A stretch of 64,000 nucleotides of DNA from an uncultured candidate division Zixibacteria bacterium (GTDB taxonomy: Bacteria; Zixibacteria; MSB-5A5; UBA10806): NCBI GenBank assembly GCA_963801605.1, contig CAWDFP010000006.1, positions 1 through 64,000 on the forward strand. Direction: 5' to 3'. This document shows positions 10,301-19,330 of the stretch, piece by piece (the first letter of the stretch is position 1; each line of letters opens with the position of its first letter). The translations under genes and the position numbers were made by a program. The notes beneath the pieces are model-generated. The model saw only the letters and a program-made list of their open reading frames with translations, did no database searches and was not told the DNA's origin.

Positions 10301-11509
10301 ATGAAAAGTATCCTGACCATACTTCTTCTGATTTTTCTGGCAGTTGCGGGAATTGCCGGACCGCCGGAGCCGCCCGAGGCGCCAGAGCCTCCGGAAGCGC
10401 CGACCGTCAGGCTTCCCAATATCAAAATAAATATCGATACGCTAAAAATAGCCGAGGCGACGAAGAATCTCGACAATATCGACAACAAATTGGCCAGGCT
10501 CGAAAAGTTGATGCAAGAATTTTCAGACAGCATCACGATAAAAAACATGGCGATCGGCGGCGACAGCATTGTAATCGTCCTGAGTAACGACAGCATGTTA
10601 ATCCTTCAAACCAAATCCGACTCCGCTACACTGGCTCGGCATGATAACAGTTTTGTAAATGTTGGCTCCAAGTATACCGTAGACGAGGGTAAGACTATCA
10701 ATGGCAATATTGTAAATGTCGGTAATGACGTGATTGTTAAGGGGACTGTTAATGGCAGCGTCTGGACATTGGGGGGCAATATTTATGTGGCATCCACAGG
10801 CTTTGTGCGTGACGGCGCGGTTGCAGTCTCCGGAAAACTAAAGGTTGAACCTGGCGGGCGGGTTTCGAGTTTGAAGTTTGCGTTCAATGAATCCCGTCAC
10901 AATTTAGGGGAAACCGAGGGCAATATCTACCGGGTAATGTCAGTTGTATTTCTGATCATTTATATCATCTGGCTGGTCCTGGGGGCGACATTTACATCAT
11001 TTATGAAAGACAATGTTGAGCGAGTGTCAAATCTTGTAAAGATCAAGCCCCTAAAATCGTTTATCCTTGGATATTTAGCGTATGTCCTGGCATTTGGAGC
11101 CTTTATAGTTCTGTGTATCAGTATTTTAGGAATCCCTCTCGCGCTGGTGGGGGTACCCGTGGCAGTTTTTGCCGGCATGGTTATGGCGGTTACATCTCTG
11201 AGCAATCTGATCGGGCAAAAGCTTAGGGGAAATACTGAGATTTCGTTTAATAATTTCCTATATGGGAGCCTGGTATTGGCAGGCTTGCCGGGCTTATTTT
11301 TTGTGATTCAGTTTATAACAGGCTCGCTGGTAATCATGATTTTCAGTTGGTTGTTTATAGCCTTACTGCTATTCGTTATCGCGCCGCTGGGATTAGGAGC
11401 AGTACTTAAGACTCGATTTGGGACCAGGACCGGCGTAGAGGCGCCATCGCCGAATCCGCCGCTGCCTCCTGCGCCTCCGGTAGATATACGGTCGGCTCCC
11501 TCGATCTAA
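10301..11509 (+). CDS. Membrane protein with a polymer-forming (bactofilin-like) repeat region and C-terminal TM helices
   Basis: Signal peptide, Pro-Glu linker, G-N/D-V repeats, several hydrophobic helices, Pro-rich tail. Confidence 0.7.
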   Translation: MKSILTILLLIFLAVAGIAGPPEPPEAPEPPEAPTVRLPNIKINIDTLKIAEATKNLDNIDNKLARLEKLMQEFSDSITIKNMAIGGDSIVIVLSNDSMLILQTKSDSATLARHDNSFVNVGSKYTVDEGKTINGNIVNVGNDVIVKGTVNGSVWTLGGNIYVASTGFVRDGAVAVSGKLKVEPGGRVSSLKFAFNESRHNLGETEGNIYRVMSVVFLIIYIIWLVLGATFTSFMKDNVERVSNLVKIKPLKSFILGYLAYVLAFGAFIVLCISILGIPLALVGVPVAVFAGMVMAVTSLSNLIGQKLRGNTEISFNNFLYGSLVLAGLPGLFFVIQFITGSLVIMIFSWLFIALLLFVIAPLGLGAVLKTRFGTRTGVEAPSPNPPLPPAPPVDIRSAPSI

Positions 11510-11617
11510 TTCCAATTGACTCATAGCCCTAAGATTTGACTTGATTTTATCTTCATTGCCGATATACTAAACGCGGATTACATTTCAGGCGAGGTTAGCC
11601 TGAGAGAAGATTTCGAT

Positions 11618-11690
11618 GCCACGGTAGCTCAGTTGGTAGAGCAGCTGATTCGTAATCAGCAGGTCGACGGTTCAAACCCGCCCCGTGGCT
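11618..11690 (+). tRNA. tRNA-Thr (anticodon CGT), CCA not encoded
   Basis: Acceptor gccacgg/ccgtggc, D arm gctcagttggtagagc, anticodon arm ctgat-tcgtaa-tcag region, T loop ggttcaaac; one A-C mismatch in the T stem. Confidence 0.92.
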
Positions 11691-11869
11691 TTGTTAATTG
11701 GGGCAAGGACTTAGGAAGTTGGCAGCTCGCACAATTAGAAAATACTTGCCATTCGATAAAATCTCCCATACTATTATAATATAAGTGTTCAATTTCATTT
11801 GAAGAGGCCTGTTTATCGATTTATAGATGAGTCGAAAAGCGTTAGGCGCCAGCGATGAAGGGATGAATT

Positions 11870-12109
11870 ATGGACGAAATCTTTGCAACCGTCGGTATTT
11901 GTCTCTCGTCGATTATCGTACTGACCGGCTGGGTCAAGGTTTATAAGGCCTTCAGAACAGGCGTACGAAGTTTGTTGGACCCCGAATTCGCAAGATCAGT
12001 TGAAACGCGAGCTTTTCATACTCTAATAATCGCCGTTGTCGTGGGGGTAGGGTTGACAATAGCCTCGTTCTACATTGGAGTTTGGATAAACAAAGCCTGG
12101 CTAAGTTAG
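11870..12109 (+). CDS. Small two-TM hypothetical membrane protein
   Basis: 79-aa ORF with two hydrophobic segments. Confidence 0.55.
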   Translation: MDEIFATVGICLSSIIVLTGWVKVYKAFRTGVRSLLDPEFARSVETRAFHTLIIAVVVGVGLTIASFYIGVWINKAWLS

Positions 12110-12148
12110 CGCTGCTGAGCGTTAACTACAAGAAAATAGAAATTCCGC

Positions 12149-12970
12149 TTATAAATTTCCCAAATTCCGAACTTTCGCTTTTGTAAGCAGCGTCCTATTT
12201 CTATATTGATTTTGAAAATCCGGGTCTGGTTTTTCCGTCCTCGCAGTCATAGATATTAAAACCTCCCTTATTAACTTGCTGTACATCGGGGCATCCACGA
12301 CATCAGAGGATGTTAACAGGTATTTAAATTGAAGGTCCGTTATATTTTCCGCTAATATTTGAGGCGCCTCGCTATTCATTTGACGCATCAGGTTCGGGTG
12401 AGTGGAATCAGACTTATCAATATAATACTTAAATTTTACGATTTTAATTATCCTGCTTCCGGCCGGGTACGAATGAGTGAGAGCCGCCGTATTATGCCGA
12501 ATAATGGAATTTGAATAATCGATCGTGGTGGCCAATAGGTATTCCCCCGTTAATATAACGGGATCGGCTATATAAACAGATTCATTTTCCATGAGATTCG
12601 AAAGATCATGACCATCGCATTGCAGTGCAGCGGATGGGTCCGGCATATCTTGCTCTGTTTTCACATCGCCAAAATCGTGAGATGCATAGGCTAATAAGAT
12701 GGTGTCAGGATTTGTATCATAGGCTTGAATCGCAGGCAATTCTATTATTGCCTCTGGGAAATCATAACCAGCCAATCGAATTTTGGTAGCAAGTTCGGCA
12801 GTTGCAACCCTAAGACTCGATTGCATATCGTTAATCTCTTCCTGAACATTATACATCTTGTGTTGATTAAGATATAATGAAAACGACGCTGATAAAATTA
12901 CTCCAGCCATCAATATGGCTATCGCCAGCTCAATTAATGTCATTCCTTTATTATTACTGGATCATGGCAT
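12149..12970 (-). CDS. Type IV pilin-like (PilW-type) protein; leader peptide disrupted by a probable sequencing error
   Basis: NNKG-MTLIELAIAILM prepilin cleavage motif; the upstream leader reads ATG CCA TGA TCC or, removing one base, M-I-S-N-N-K-G. Confidence 0.75.
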
Positions 12971-13049
12971 ATCAGCCCCCCGTCAAGCTCCAATCGAGCT
13001 TCTTTGCTACTCATAGTTTCAAAATCAGAAATAGTCATTCGGAACCATT

Positions 13050-13331
13050 TCAATGAGATACGTTTAGAGATTGAACGGTTTCACTCTTTTGATTATGTGC
13101 TTGTTGGCAGAGTTCCTGGACTCTTTGTTCCAGCTCCATATTTCTTTCGATCAACTTTTCAGTTTTTCTCAAGTTTTTCTTTACCCATAGGCGCATTAAC
13201 AGACCCAATGATAACATGATAAGAATACCGGAGTTTATCATCCGCATCAACTCGCCAAAACCATAAAGCGAATCAAAAAAACCTAAAATACCGCAGGCGC
13301 CAACGGCCAAAAGCATTAATGTCCAAATCAT
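13050..13331 (-). CDS. Small membrane protein with coiled-coil tail
   Basis: ggagg RBS, two TM segments, heptad-like C terminus. Confidence 0.6.
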   Translation of the reverse strand: MIWTLMLLAVGACGILGFFDSLYGFGELMRMINSGILIMLSLGLLMRLWVKKNLRKTEKLIERNMELEQRVQELCQQAHNQKSETVQSLNVSH

Positions 13332-13524
13332 ATAATTCCTCCATTTTAATAATGATATCGACATTCTTTTTTAATATTATCTATTTGTTCAAATGTAGCG
13401 CCAAAACTGTTTCATTTTGTAACAGACCATAATTTTATGATAATGAATAGTAACCCGGTTGATGGCAGAATATTATAGCGCCCGATTGTTCAATAAGCAG
13501 GTCAATTTAAGCCCGGCCAACAAT

Positions 13525-13551
13525 AAAAAAGGGCTGCCCGCCGACAGCCCT
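13525..13551 (-). terminator. Intrinsic terminator
   Basis: agggctg/cagccct stem with an A6 run on the + strand (U tract on minus), downstream of 13639-13866. Confidence 0.6.
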
Positions 13552-13638
13552 GTTCTGGTTTAGAAACCATTCTCTTGTCCGGGGACAAAGAGAAAGCAAG
13601 ATTTCTTAAGCAAGTGATATTTTGATATTGACGAGTTT

Positions 13639-13866
13639 CTATTTGTCCGGCGTTCGCAGCCTCTCCCTTATCTGCCTTAATAACAGCACGATCACAAAAA
13701 TCATCAACATCACAGAAAATTCAAACATTCTGGCGGCCCCGTAAGGCATCCAGCTCCAGGTCATGCCGAAGATATTCAGGAGCTTATCGGAAACCGCAAT
13801 CAGGAAGAGAATAAAAGCCAGCGCCAGGAATATCCTCGACAAAATGCTTGTTAATTTATCGATCAT
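13639..13866 (-). CDS. Small two-TM membrane protein
   Basis: ggagg RBS; two hydrophobic helices. Confidence 0.65.
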   Translation of the reverse strand: MIDKLTSILSRIFLALAFILFLIAVSDKLLNIFGMTWSWMPYGAARMFEFSVMLMIFVIVLLLRQIRERLRTPDK

Positions 13867-13889
13867 TTTCTTAACCTCCAGATGAGCAT

Positions 13890-14168
13890 TTAGTTTCTTG
13901 TAATGGTTCTGATGTCGCTGAGCATCTGATTTTCAGTGAAACTGACTCTTATGATCCTGATTGTCCCTGTATTATCCTGGAACCACATTTGGACCCAATC
14001 CGGATAGGTCGGGATTGTGGTAACCGATATGAGATTGCCGTAAGACGCGGGAATCGCTTTGAGATCGACTCGATCCAAGCCGGCAGGTTGGGGATTGAGA
14101 CGCTGACAAGACAAAACAAATAGACACAGGATAAGAGCAAGACCAATAATCACGAATCTCTTGGGCAT
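13890..14168 (-). CDS. Small lipoprotein
   Basis: aggag RBS; signal peptide ending VLSC. Confidence 0.65.
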   Translation of the reverse strand: MPKRFVIIGLALILCLFVLSCQRLNPQPAGLDRVDLKAIPASYGNLISVTTIPTYPDWVQMWFQDNTGTIRIIRVSFTENQMLSDIRTITRN

Positions 14169-14595
14169 GATAAGCTCCTTTGTAACTACTGGTTAAAGGT
14201 TTGCTAAAAACTTAATCCCTGAAATACAAATCAGACCGTTCATCTTAGAATCGATGCCGGTATTTCTTTGGATATGGCGAAAAGCTCTCAATACGATAAG
14301 AGCCAAATATTCAAATCGATGAAATCTCAAGGATGAATTTTAGTAAACCAACAGATAATAATATCTCTATTTGGGTGCAAATTGTCAAGTAAAATAACGA
14401 GCATTTGCCTGCCGCCGCAGGATGGTTTTGCTTCAACTACTTATTAGCAATCAACGTACGAGGCCTAAGTATAATCGGCGGTTTGCGGGGACCTTGGAAC
14501 CTATTAAAATTGCTTGCGTTCTTAGTAATAATTATCGATAATATTCAAATTCCAGGGTTGCGGGGGTTGGGTAACTTAATTTAGCAGGTGATTTT

Positions 14596-16059
14596 ATGAA
14601 TGCTAATGTCATTTCCACCGTCGATATAGACGATGTCATGAATAAAGCTCTCGAAGCCGCCGCGGAATTTCGGAAGCTAAACCAGGAAGAGACAGATCGA
14701 ATCGTTGAGGCTGTCTATAAGGCCGGTTTTAATAACCGGGTCCGGTTGGCCAACTTAGCATACAGAGAAACCAAGCTTGGTGTCCTCAAAGATAAGATTC
14801 TAAAAAACGTAATCGCCACCAGATATGTATATGAGGATATCAAAAATCAAAAAACCGCCGGCGTCATCTCCGAGGACCCGGAAAAAGGGATAATCGAAAT
14901 TGCTCAGCCGTTAGGGCCGATCTTTGCCATAACTCCGATAACGAATCCGACATCGACAGTGATGTTTAAGATCCTGATCGCGCTAAAATCGCGTAATCCG
15001 ATTATCATCCGTCCCCACGGCTCGGCCAAAAAATGCTCCTGCGAGGCGGTCCGAGTTTGTCGTGATGCGGCGTTGGCGGCGGGAGCGCCGGAAAATAGCG
15101 TGCAATGCGTAAAGAACTCTACCGAGGAAGAGACGTTGAGATTCATGAGCCACAAGGCGACAGCCATGATTCTCGCCACCGGTTCGACGTCGCTGGTGAG
15201 GGCCGCCTACCGTTCGGGAAATCCGGCCATCGGGGTTGGCCCCGGTAACGTGCCGGTGTTTATCGGGAGAACGGCCGATGTGCCATTCGCGGTGGAACAG
15301 ATATTTAATTCGAAAACATTCGATAATGGAACGGTTTGCGCCAGCGAGCAAGCGCTGGTCGTGAGAAGCTGTCACGTGGAAGAAGTTATCCGGCAATTTA
15401 AGATGCGAAAAGCCTATTTCCTTTCGCCCGACGAAATCAAGCAGTTGGAGCCGGTTGTATATAACACCCATTCAAGATCGATGAGGACCGAAGTTATAGG
15501 CCAGCCGGCGGCAGATATCGCCAAAATGGCCAATATCGACGTTCCTCCGGATACGACACTACTTATCGCTCAGCTCGATGAGGTTGGAATTCAATCCCCG
15601 CTTTCGATGGAGATACTGGCGCCGATTCTGGCATTTTATATAGCCCACGATTTCGAAGAGGCGGCGACATTGTGCCGGAAGATTAATGTCAATGGCGGGT
15701 TGGGACATACGATCAGCATGTTCTCCAACAGCGAAGAGCGAATAATGCATTTCGCATCGGTGATGGATGCCGGGCGAATCCTGATCAACACGCCGGCATC
15801 TCAAGGCGCCATAGGCGGAACCTACAATGCCTTACGGCCGTCGCTGACATTAGCCTGCGGGTCGGGCGGCAAGAATTTCACCACCGACAATATCAGCGCC
15901 AAACATCTGCTTAATATCCAGCGGGTAGCCCGTCGTAAAGAGAGCCCGTGTATATCGTCGGATGTATTCAAGCTGTTATTCGATGAATCGGTGGATGCCG
16001 ATTCATTCGAGGAGCACTGCCGTTCTCATCCGTTGCAGGAAGCCGTTAAGACGGCTTAG
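14596..16059 (+). CDS. CoA-acylating aldehyde dehydrogenase (AdhE N-terminal domain-like, stand-alone)
   Basis: PITNPTST, ILATG, GVGPGN, SKTFDNGTVCASEQ, PSLTLACGSGG. Confidence 0.9.
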   Translation: MNANVISTVDIDDVMNKALEAAAEFRKLNQEETDRIVEAVYKAGFNNRVRLANLAYRETKLGVLKDKILKNVIATRYVYEDIKNQKTAGVISEDPEKGIIEIAQPLGPIFAITPITNPTSTVMFKILIALKSRNPIIIRPHGSAKKCSCEAVRVCRDAALAAGAPENSVQCVKNSTEEETLRFMSHKATAMILATGSTSLVRAAYRSGNPAIGVGPGNVPVFIGRTADVPFAVEQIFNSKTFDNGTVCASEQALVVRSCHVEEVIRQFKMRKAYFLSPDEIKQLEPVVYNTHSRSMRTEVIGQPAADIAKMANIDVPPDTTLLIAQLDEVGIQSPLSMEILAPILAFYIAHDFEEAATLCRKINVNGGLGHTISMFSNSEERIMHFASVMDAGRILINTPASQGAIGGTYNALRPSLTLACGSGGKNFTTDNISAKHLLNIQRVARRKESPCISSDVFKLLFDESVDADSFEEHCRSHPLQEAVKTA

Positions 16060-16063
16060 ACCG

Positions 16064-16762
16064 TCAGTTTTTAACCTCAATCCCACCCAAAATCGCCATG
16101 CCGGTGATAATAATCTTTTTGGGTTTGGCAGCAGCGGTATCTCCGCCGCGATAGGATGATTTATTATCCATTCCGCCCAAGATCGGAGTGCCGCGCATAA
16201 TAGTTTGCCAGGTCGCCGGCACCCAAAGTTCGATACCGCCCATAAACGCAAAGATGTCGACGGTGATTTCATCGGCAACCATATTTGCATCCCGCAGATC
16301 GATTGTACCGCCTCCTAAGATAGCGGTAATCTTGCCGCCTCGAAGGTCCTTGGAATCGAATTTGAACTCGCCGCCGCCAAGTACCATAGAAAGATCGAGT
16401 TGATCGGCTCCCGGCGCTAATTTGGTGTGCCGTCGAATGTGCCCGGTAATTATCATTAAGCCAACTACGATCAACAACAGCGGCCAAACAATTCTCCATC
16501 CAAAATTAATAACTTCTAAATTATGCAGCAGTAATAAAGCGCCAACTACGACCAGGATTCCCCCGGTTGTGATTCGATGTTGTTCTCGGGGATGGGCCAA
16601 TATTCCTATTCCGAAGATGATCAGGATAGCGGGCCAGTAGCTCCAAAGGCTCATACCGATATCGTATCCCAGATTCCGAAGAAATAGTAGAACTCCGAAA
16701 AGCAAAACCAACAGTCCAAACATAACCCTCAAATCAAAAAATGAAGCACGGTCATCAGACAT
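16064..16762 (-). CDS. LiaF-like membrane protein (DUF5668 + DUF2154)
   Basis: Four TM helices with WP motifs; C-terminal GG-x-IDLR repeats. Confidence 0.8.
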   Translation of the reverse strand: MSDDRASFFDLRVMFGLLVLLFGVLLFLRNLGYDIGMSLWSYWPAILIIFGIGILAHPREQHRITTGGILVVVGALLLLHNLEVINFGWRIVWPLLLIVVGLMIITGHIRRHTKLAPGADQLDLSMVLGGGEFKFDSKDLRGGKITAILGGGTIDLRDANMVADEITVDIFAFMGGIELWVPATWQTIMRGTPILGGMDNKSSYRGGDTAAAKPKKIIITGMAILGGIEVKN

Positions 16763-16939
16763 AATTTATCCTCCTGGCGCTAACGGTTATTCTTTCTAAT
16801 CTATACGATAAAAATTCAATAATGGACAGGATAAATTGACAGCTTTGGCTTGAAATCAGCAGGCAATTGGGAAGCCTATCAATCTGAATTAAATTCGGAG
16901 GGCTGCCATCAGAATACCGGATGGCAGCCCCTAACATCT

Positions 16940-17344
16940 TTAGATGCGGTTTCTCTGGAAATGCTTTTTATAATCGAGCTTTCCCAGATTCATATCGGAA
17001 AGGTTTGTTTTCAGATACTTTTGCAGGCCTTCCCAATAGGAGAATGCCGGGCAACATTCTTTGGTATCGCAAATGTTAATTTTGAACGGCCCCTGGGCGG
17101 TTTCAAGGATATCGAGGAATGAGATTTTGTCAGCGGATTTGGCCAGACGATAGCCGCCGGTTATTCCTCTGGAGCTGATCAAATAGCGTTTGTCGGTAAG
17201 GTGCTTGAGAACTTTAGCAAGGTATTCCCGAGGTATGCCCATATTCTCCGAAATCTCATTAATGCTTGCCGTCCGCGCTCCCTCGATGGAGGCGATGTAG
17301 ATCATGGCATGAAGCGAATACTCAGCTTTCTTAGAGATTTGCAT
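16940..17344 (-). CDS. Rrf2-family transcriptional regulator
   Basis: KAEYSLHAMIYIA, YLAKVL, SSRGITGGYRLAK, Cys cluster CDTKECC. Confidence 0.9.
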   Translation of the reverse strand: MQISKKAEYSLHAMIYIASIEGARTASINEISENMGIPREYLAKVLKHLTDKRYLISSRGITGGYRLAKSADKISFLDILETAQGPFKINICDTKECCPAFSYWEGLQKYLKTNLSDMNLGKLDYKKHFQRNRI

Positions 17345-17936
17345 AATTCACCCCTGGTTAAAGATTAGTAGTTTTCGATAATTTAATTTTAACGGAATTG
17401 ATACTTTCGACCCCCGCACTTCATCGTTAGGCATTAATACTTATCCAAATCTTTAGCGGGCATTACCAAAAAATGCTTTGCGGTACAACAATGGTTATAA
17501 ATGCCCAGTCGAGTATTGATGAGTCTTATTCGGCCCCAAAATGGTAATGTTTGGGCCGTTTATATTAATTCAATATAGACTTAGACTATTTTCTTTGTCA
17601 ACATAAAACTAAAAACAGAAATCGATCAAATTATCGGGCTATTATCAATAAATTCGCGCTTAGTAAGATAATTCGTAACTTAGGCGATGATGGGAAACAG
17701 GCATTTACTAACGGAATTGAATATGCAGTAGCAGCAATATTCCAATTCTGGAAAGCGGGGCATTTCTCCCCGGTGGTTCAAATATCATCGATTTTATCCA
17801 TATAATCGCTTTCTTGGAGCGATTTAGTCCAATATAATTAATTTGAGATTTTCAATTAATCTAACTCATTATCATTATTGTAATTATATATCTACTCCAA
17901 TCATGGCTGGGGAAATTTTACCCGCAAAGAGCCTAT

Positions 17937-17951
17937 TGGCACGCCAGTTGC
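17937..17951 (+). promoter_or_regulatory. Sigma-54 (-24/-12) promoter
   Basis: TGGCAC-GCCAG-TTGC is an exact consensus match about 90 bp upstream of the first gene of the operon. Confidence 0.8.
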
Positions 17952-18039
17952 CCTTAGTGATTGTGGCCAACCCTCAATTACCGGCCAAATAGGAGCCGGC
18001 ATGAAGGTTTAGAGGTTACAGAACCCAAGGAGGAAGGCA

Positions 18040-18408
18040 ATGACACGTTTTACAGCGCCAAAGAATAAGGCGGAAAAGACAGCGAAAAAGGCGGGCCTCA
18101 AGGTTGAGGTCACCAGGAAGAAACAAGATTCGGTATCGGAAGAGCCGGCTCAGTACCTGGGACTTTGCATGACCTGCATCCACACCAAGGACTGCGGATT
18201 CAGGAGAGATGTCTCCCAGGCCGTACTGGAATGTGATGAGTTTGATATTGGACAGACGCCTGAGACCGCTGTGATAGAGCAGCCGGCCGCCCAGCAAATC
18301 GCGCCGTCGACAGAATTCAAGGGACTTTGCATCAACTGCGATCTTCGGCAGGAATGCAAATTTCCGAAGCCGGCAGAAGGAGTCTGGCACTGCGAAGAAT
18401 ACGTTTGA
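18040..18408 (+). CDS. Small Cys-rich protein with two GLCxxC-x5-C-x12-C repeats
   Basis: GLCMTCIHTKDC...LECDEF and GLCINCDLRQEC...WHCEEY; aaggagg RBS. Confidence 0.75.
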   Translation: MTRFTAPKNKAEKTAKKAGLKVEVTRKKQDSVSEEPAQYLGLCMTCIHTKDCGFRRDVSQAVLECDEFDIGQTPETAVIEQPAAQQIAPSTEFKGLCINCDLRQECKFPKPAEGVWHCEEYV

Positions 18409-18464
18409 TCGTCATAATATAAGCCCCGCCGTTAGACCAGCAACCGATTTTTTGTGAAAGGCAA

Positions 18465-19316
18465 GTGATGAAAGCGGATGACATCGTGGGCATTCTGGAA
18501 AAGCATGACGGGGAGAGCGGCGGGCTGATCTCGATACTGGAAGCAATCCAGGCGAAATACAGCTACCTTCCCGAAGAGGCTCTCAAATTAGTGGCGAAAG
18601 AAACAGGTCGTCCTCTCGTAGATATCTACGGGGTGGCGACCTTTTATCGTTCGTTCAGCCTCAAGCCGCGCGGCAAGCATCTCCTGTCAGTCTGCCTGGG
18701 GACTGCCTGCCATGTCAGAAATGCCCCATCCATAGCAAAGGAAGTACAAAAGCAGCTTGGCGTCAAGCCGGGCGAGACTACTCCGGACAAGGAGTTTACC
18801 TTTGAGACCGTCAATTGCCTGGGCGCCTGTGCGCTGGGGCCGATTGTAGTCATTGACGGCCATTACTTCTCCAATGTCAAAGCCTCGATGGTAAAGGATA
18901 TTTTGGAGAAAGCTCAGCAAGGCCTCGACAACATCGGCGGAAAAGCCGGTGCGGGGGCTTTCCCGATTGAAGTTGGTTGCCCTCATTGCAATCATACTCT
19001 CATGGACGAGACTCATTATATCGATGGTTATCCATCGGTGCGGGTCACGGTATCATTTGGACGGCTGCACGGATGGCTGAGGCTATCCTGTCTTTACGGC
19101 CGAACTCCCGTGACTTATGAGCATCTCATCCCCAAAGATGCGGTCGTGAATTTTTTCTGTCCGCATTGCCATAGCGAGCTCAACGGCGCATCGCATTGCG
19201 CCGACTGCGGCGCCCCCATGGTGCCGATGATCGTGCGCCAGGGAGGGATTGTGCAGATCTGTTCCCGGCGTGGATGTAAGGGACACATTCTCGATCTGAC
19301 CGGCGTGAATATTTAG
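18465..19316 (+). CDS. NuoE/HydC-like [2Fe-2S] subunit with an extra C-terminal Cys-rich domain
   Basis: VCLGTACHV...VNCLGACALGP; extension containing CPHC, CPHC, CADC and CSRRGC. Confidence 0.85.
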   Translation: MMKADDIVGILEKHDGESGGLISILEAIQAKYSYLPEEALKLVAKETGRPLVDIYGVATFYRSFSLKPRGKHLLSVCLGTACHVRNAPSIAKEVQKQLGVKPGETTPDKEFTFETVNCLGACALGPIVVIDGHYFSNVKASMVKDILEKAQQGLDNIGGKAGAGAFPIEVGCPHCNHTLMDETHYIDGYPSVRVTVSFGRLHGWLRLSCLYGRTPVTYEHLIPKDAVVNFFCPHCHSELNGASHCADCGAPMVPMIVRQGGIVQICSRRGCKGHILDLTGVNI

Positions 19317-19330
19317 GAGAGGGAGAAACA

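Noticed and set aside
12962..12964. In-frame TGA in the prepilin leader as Sec or recoding
   Set aside because: Not a Cys position and no hairpin noted; a single-base insertion or point error explains it
11618..14200. Island integrated at tRNA-Thr
   Set aside because: No integrase and no duplicate of this tRNA 3' end was seen in the window
17570..17840. Possible Rrf2/IscR-type operators upstream of the Rrf2 gene
   Set aside because: Only partial half-site matches in AT-rich DNA; no convincing palindrome
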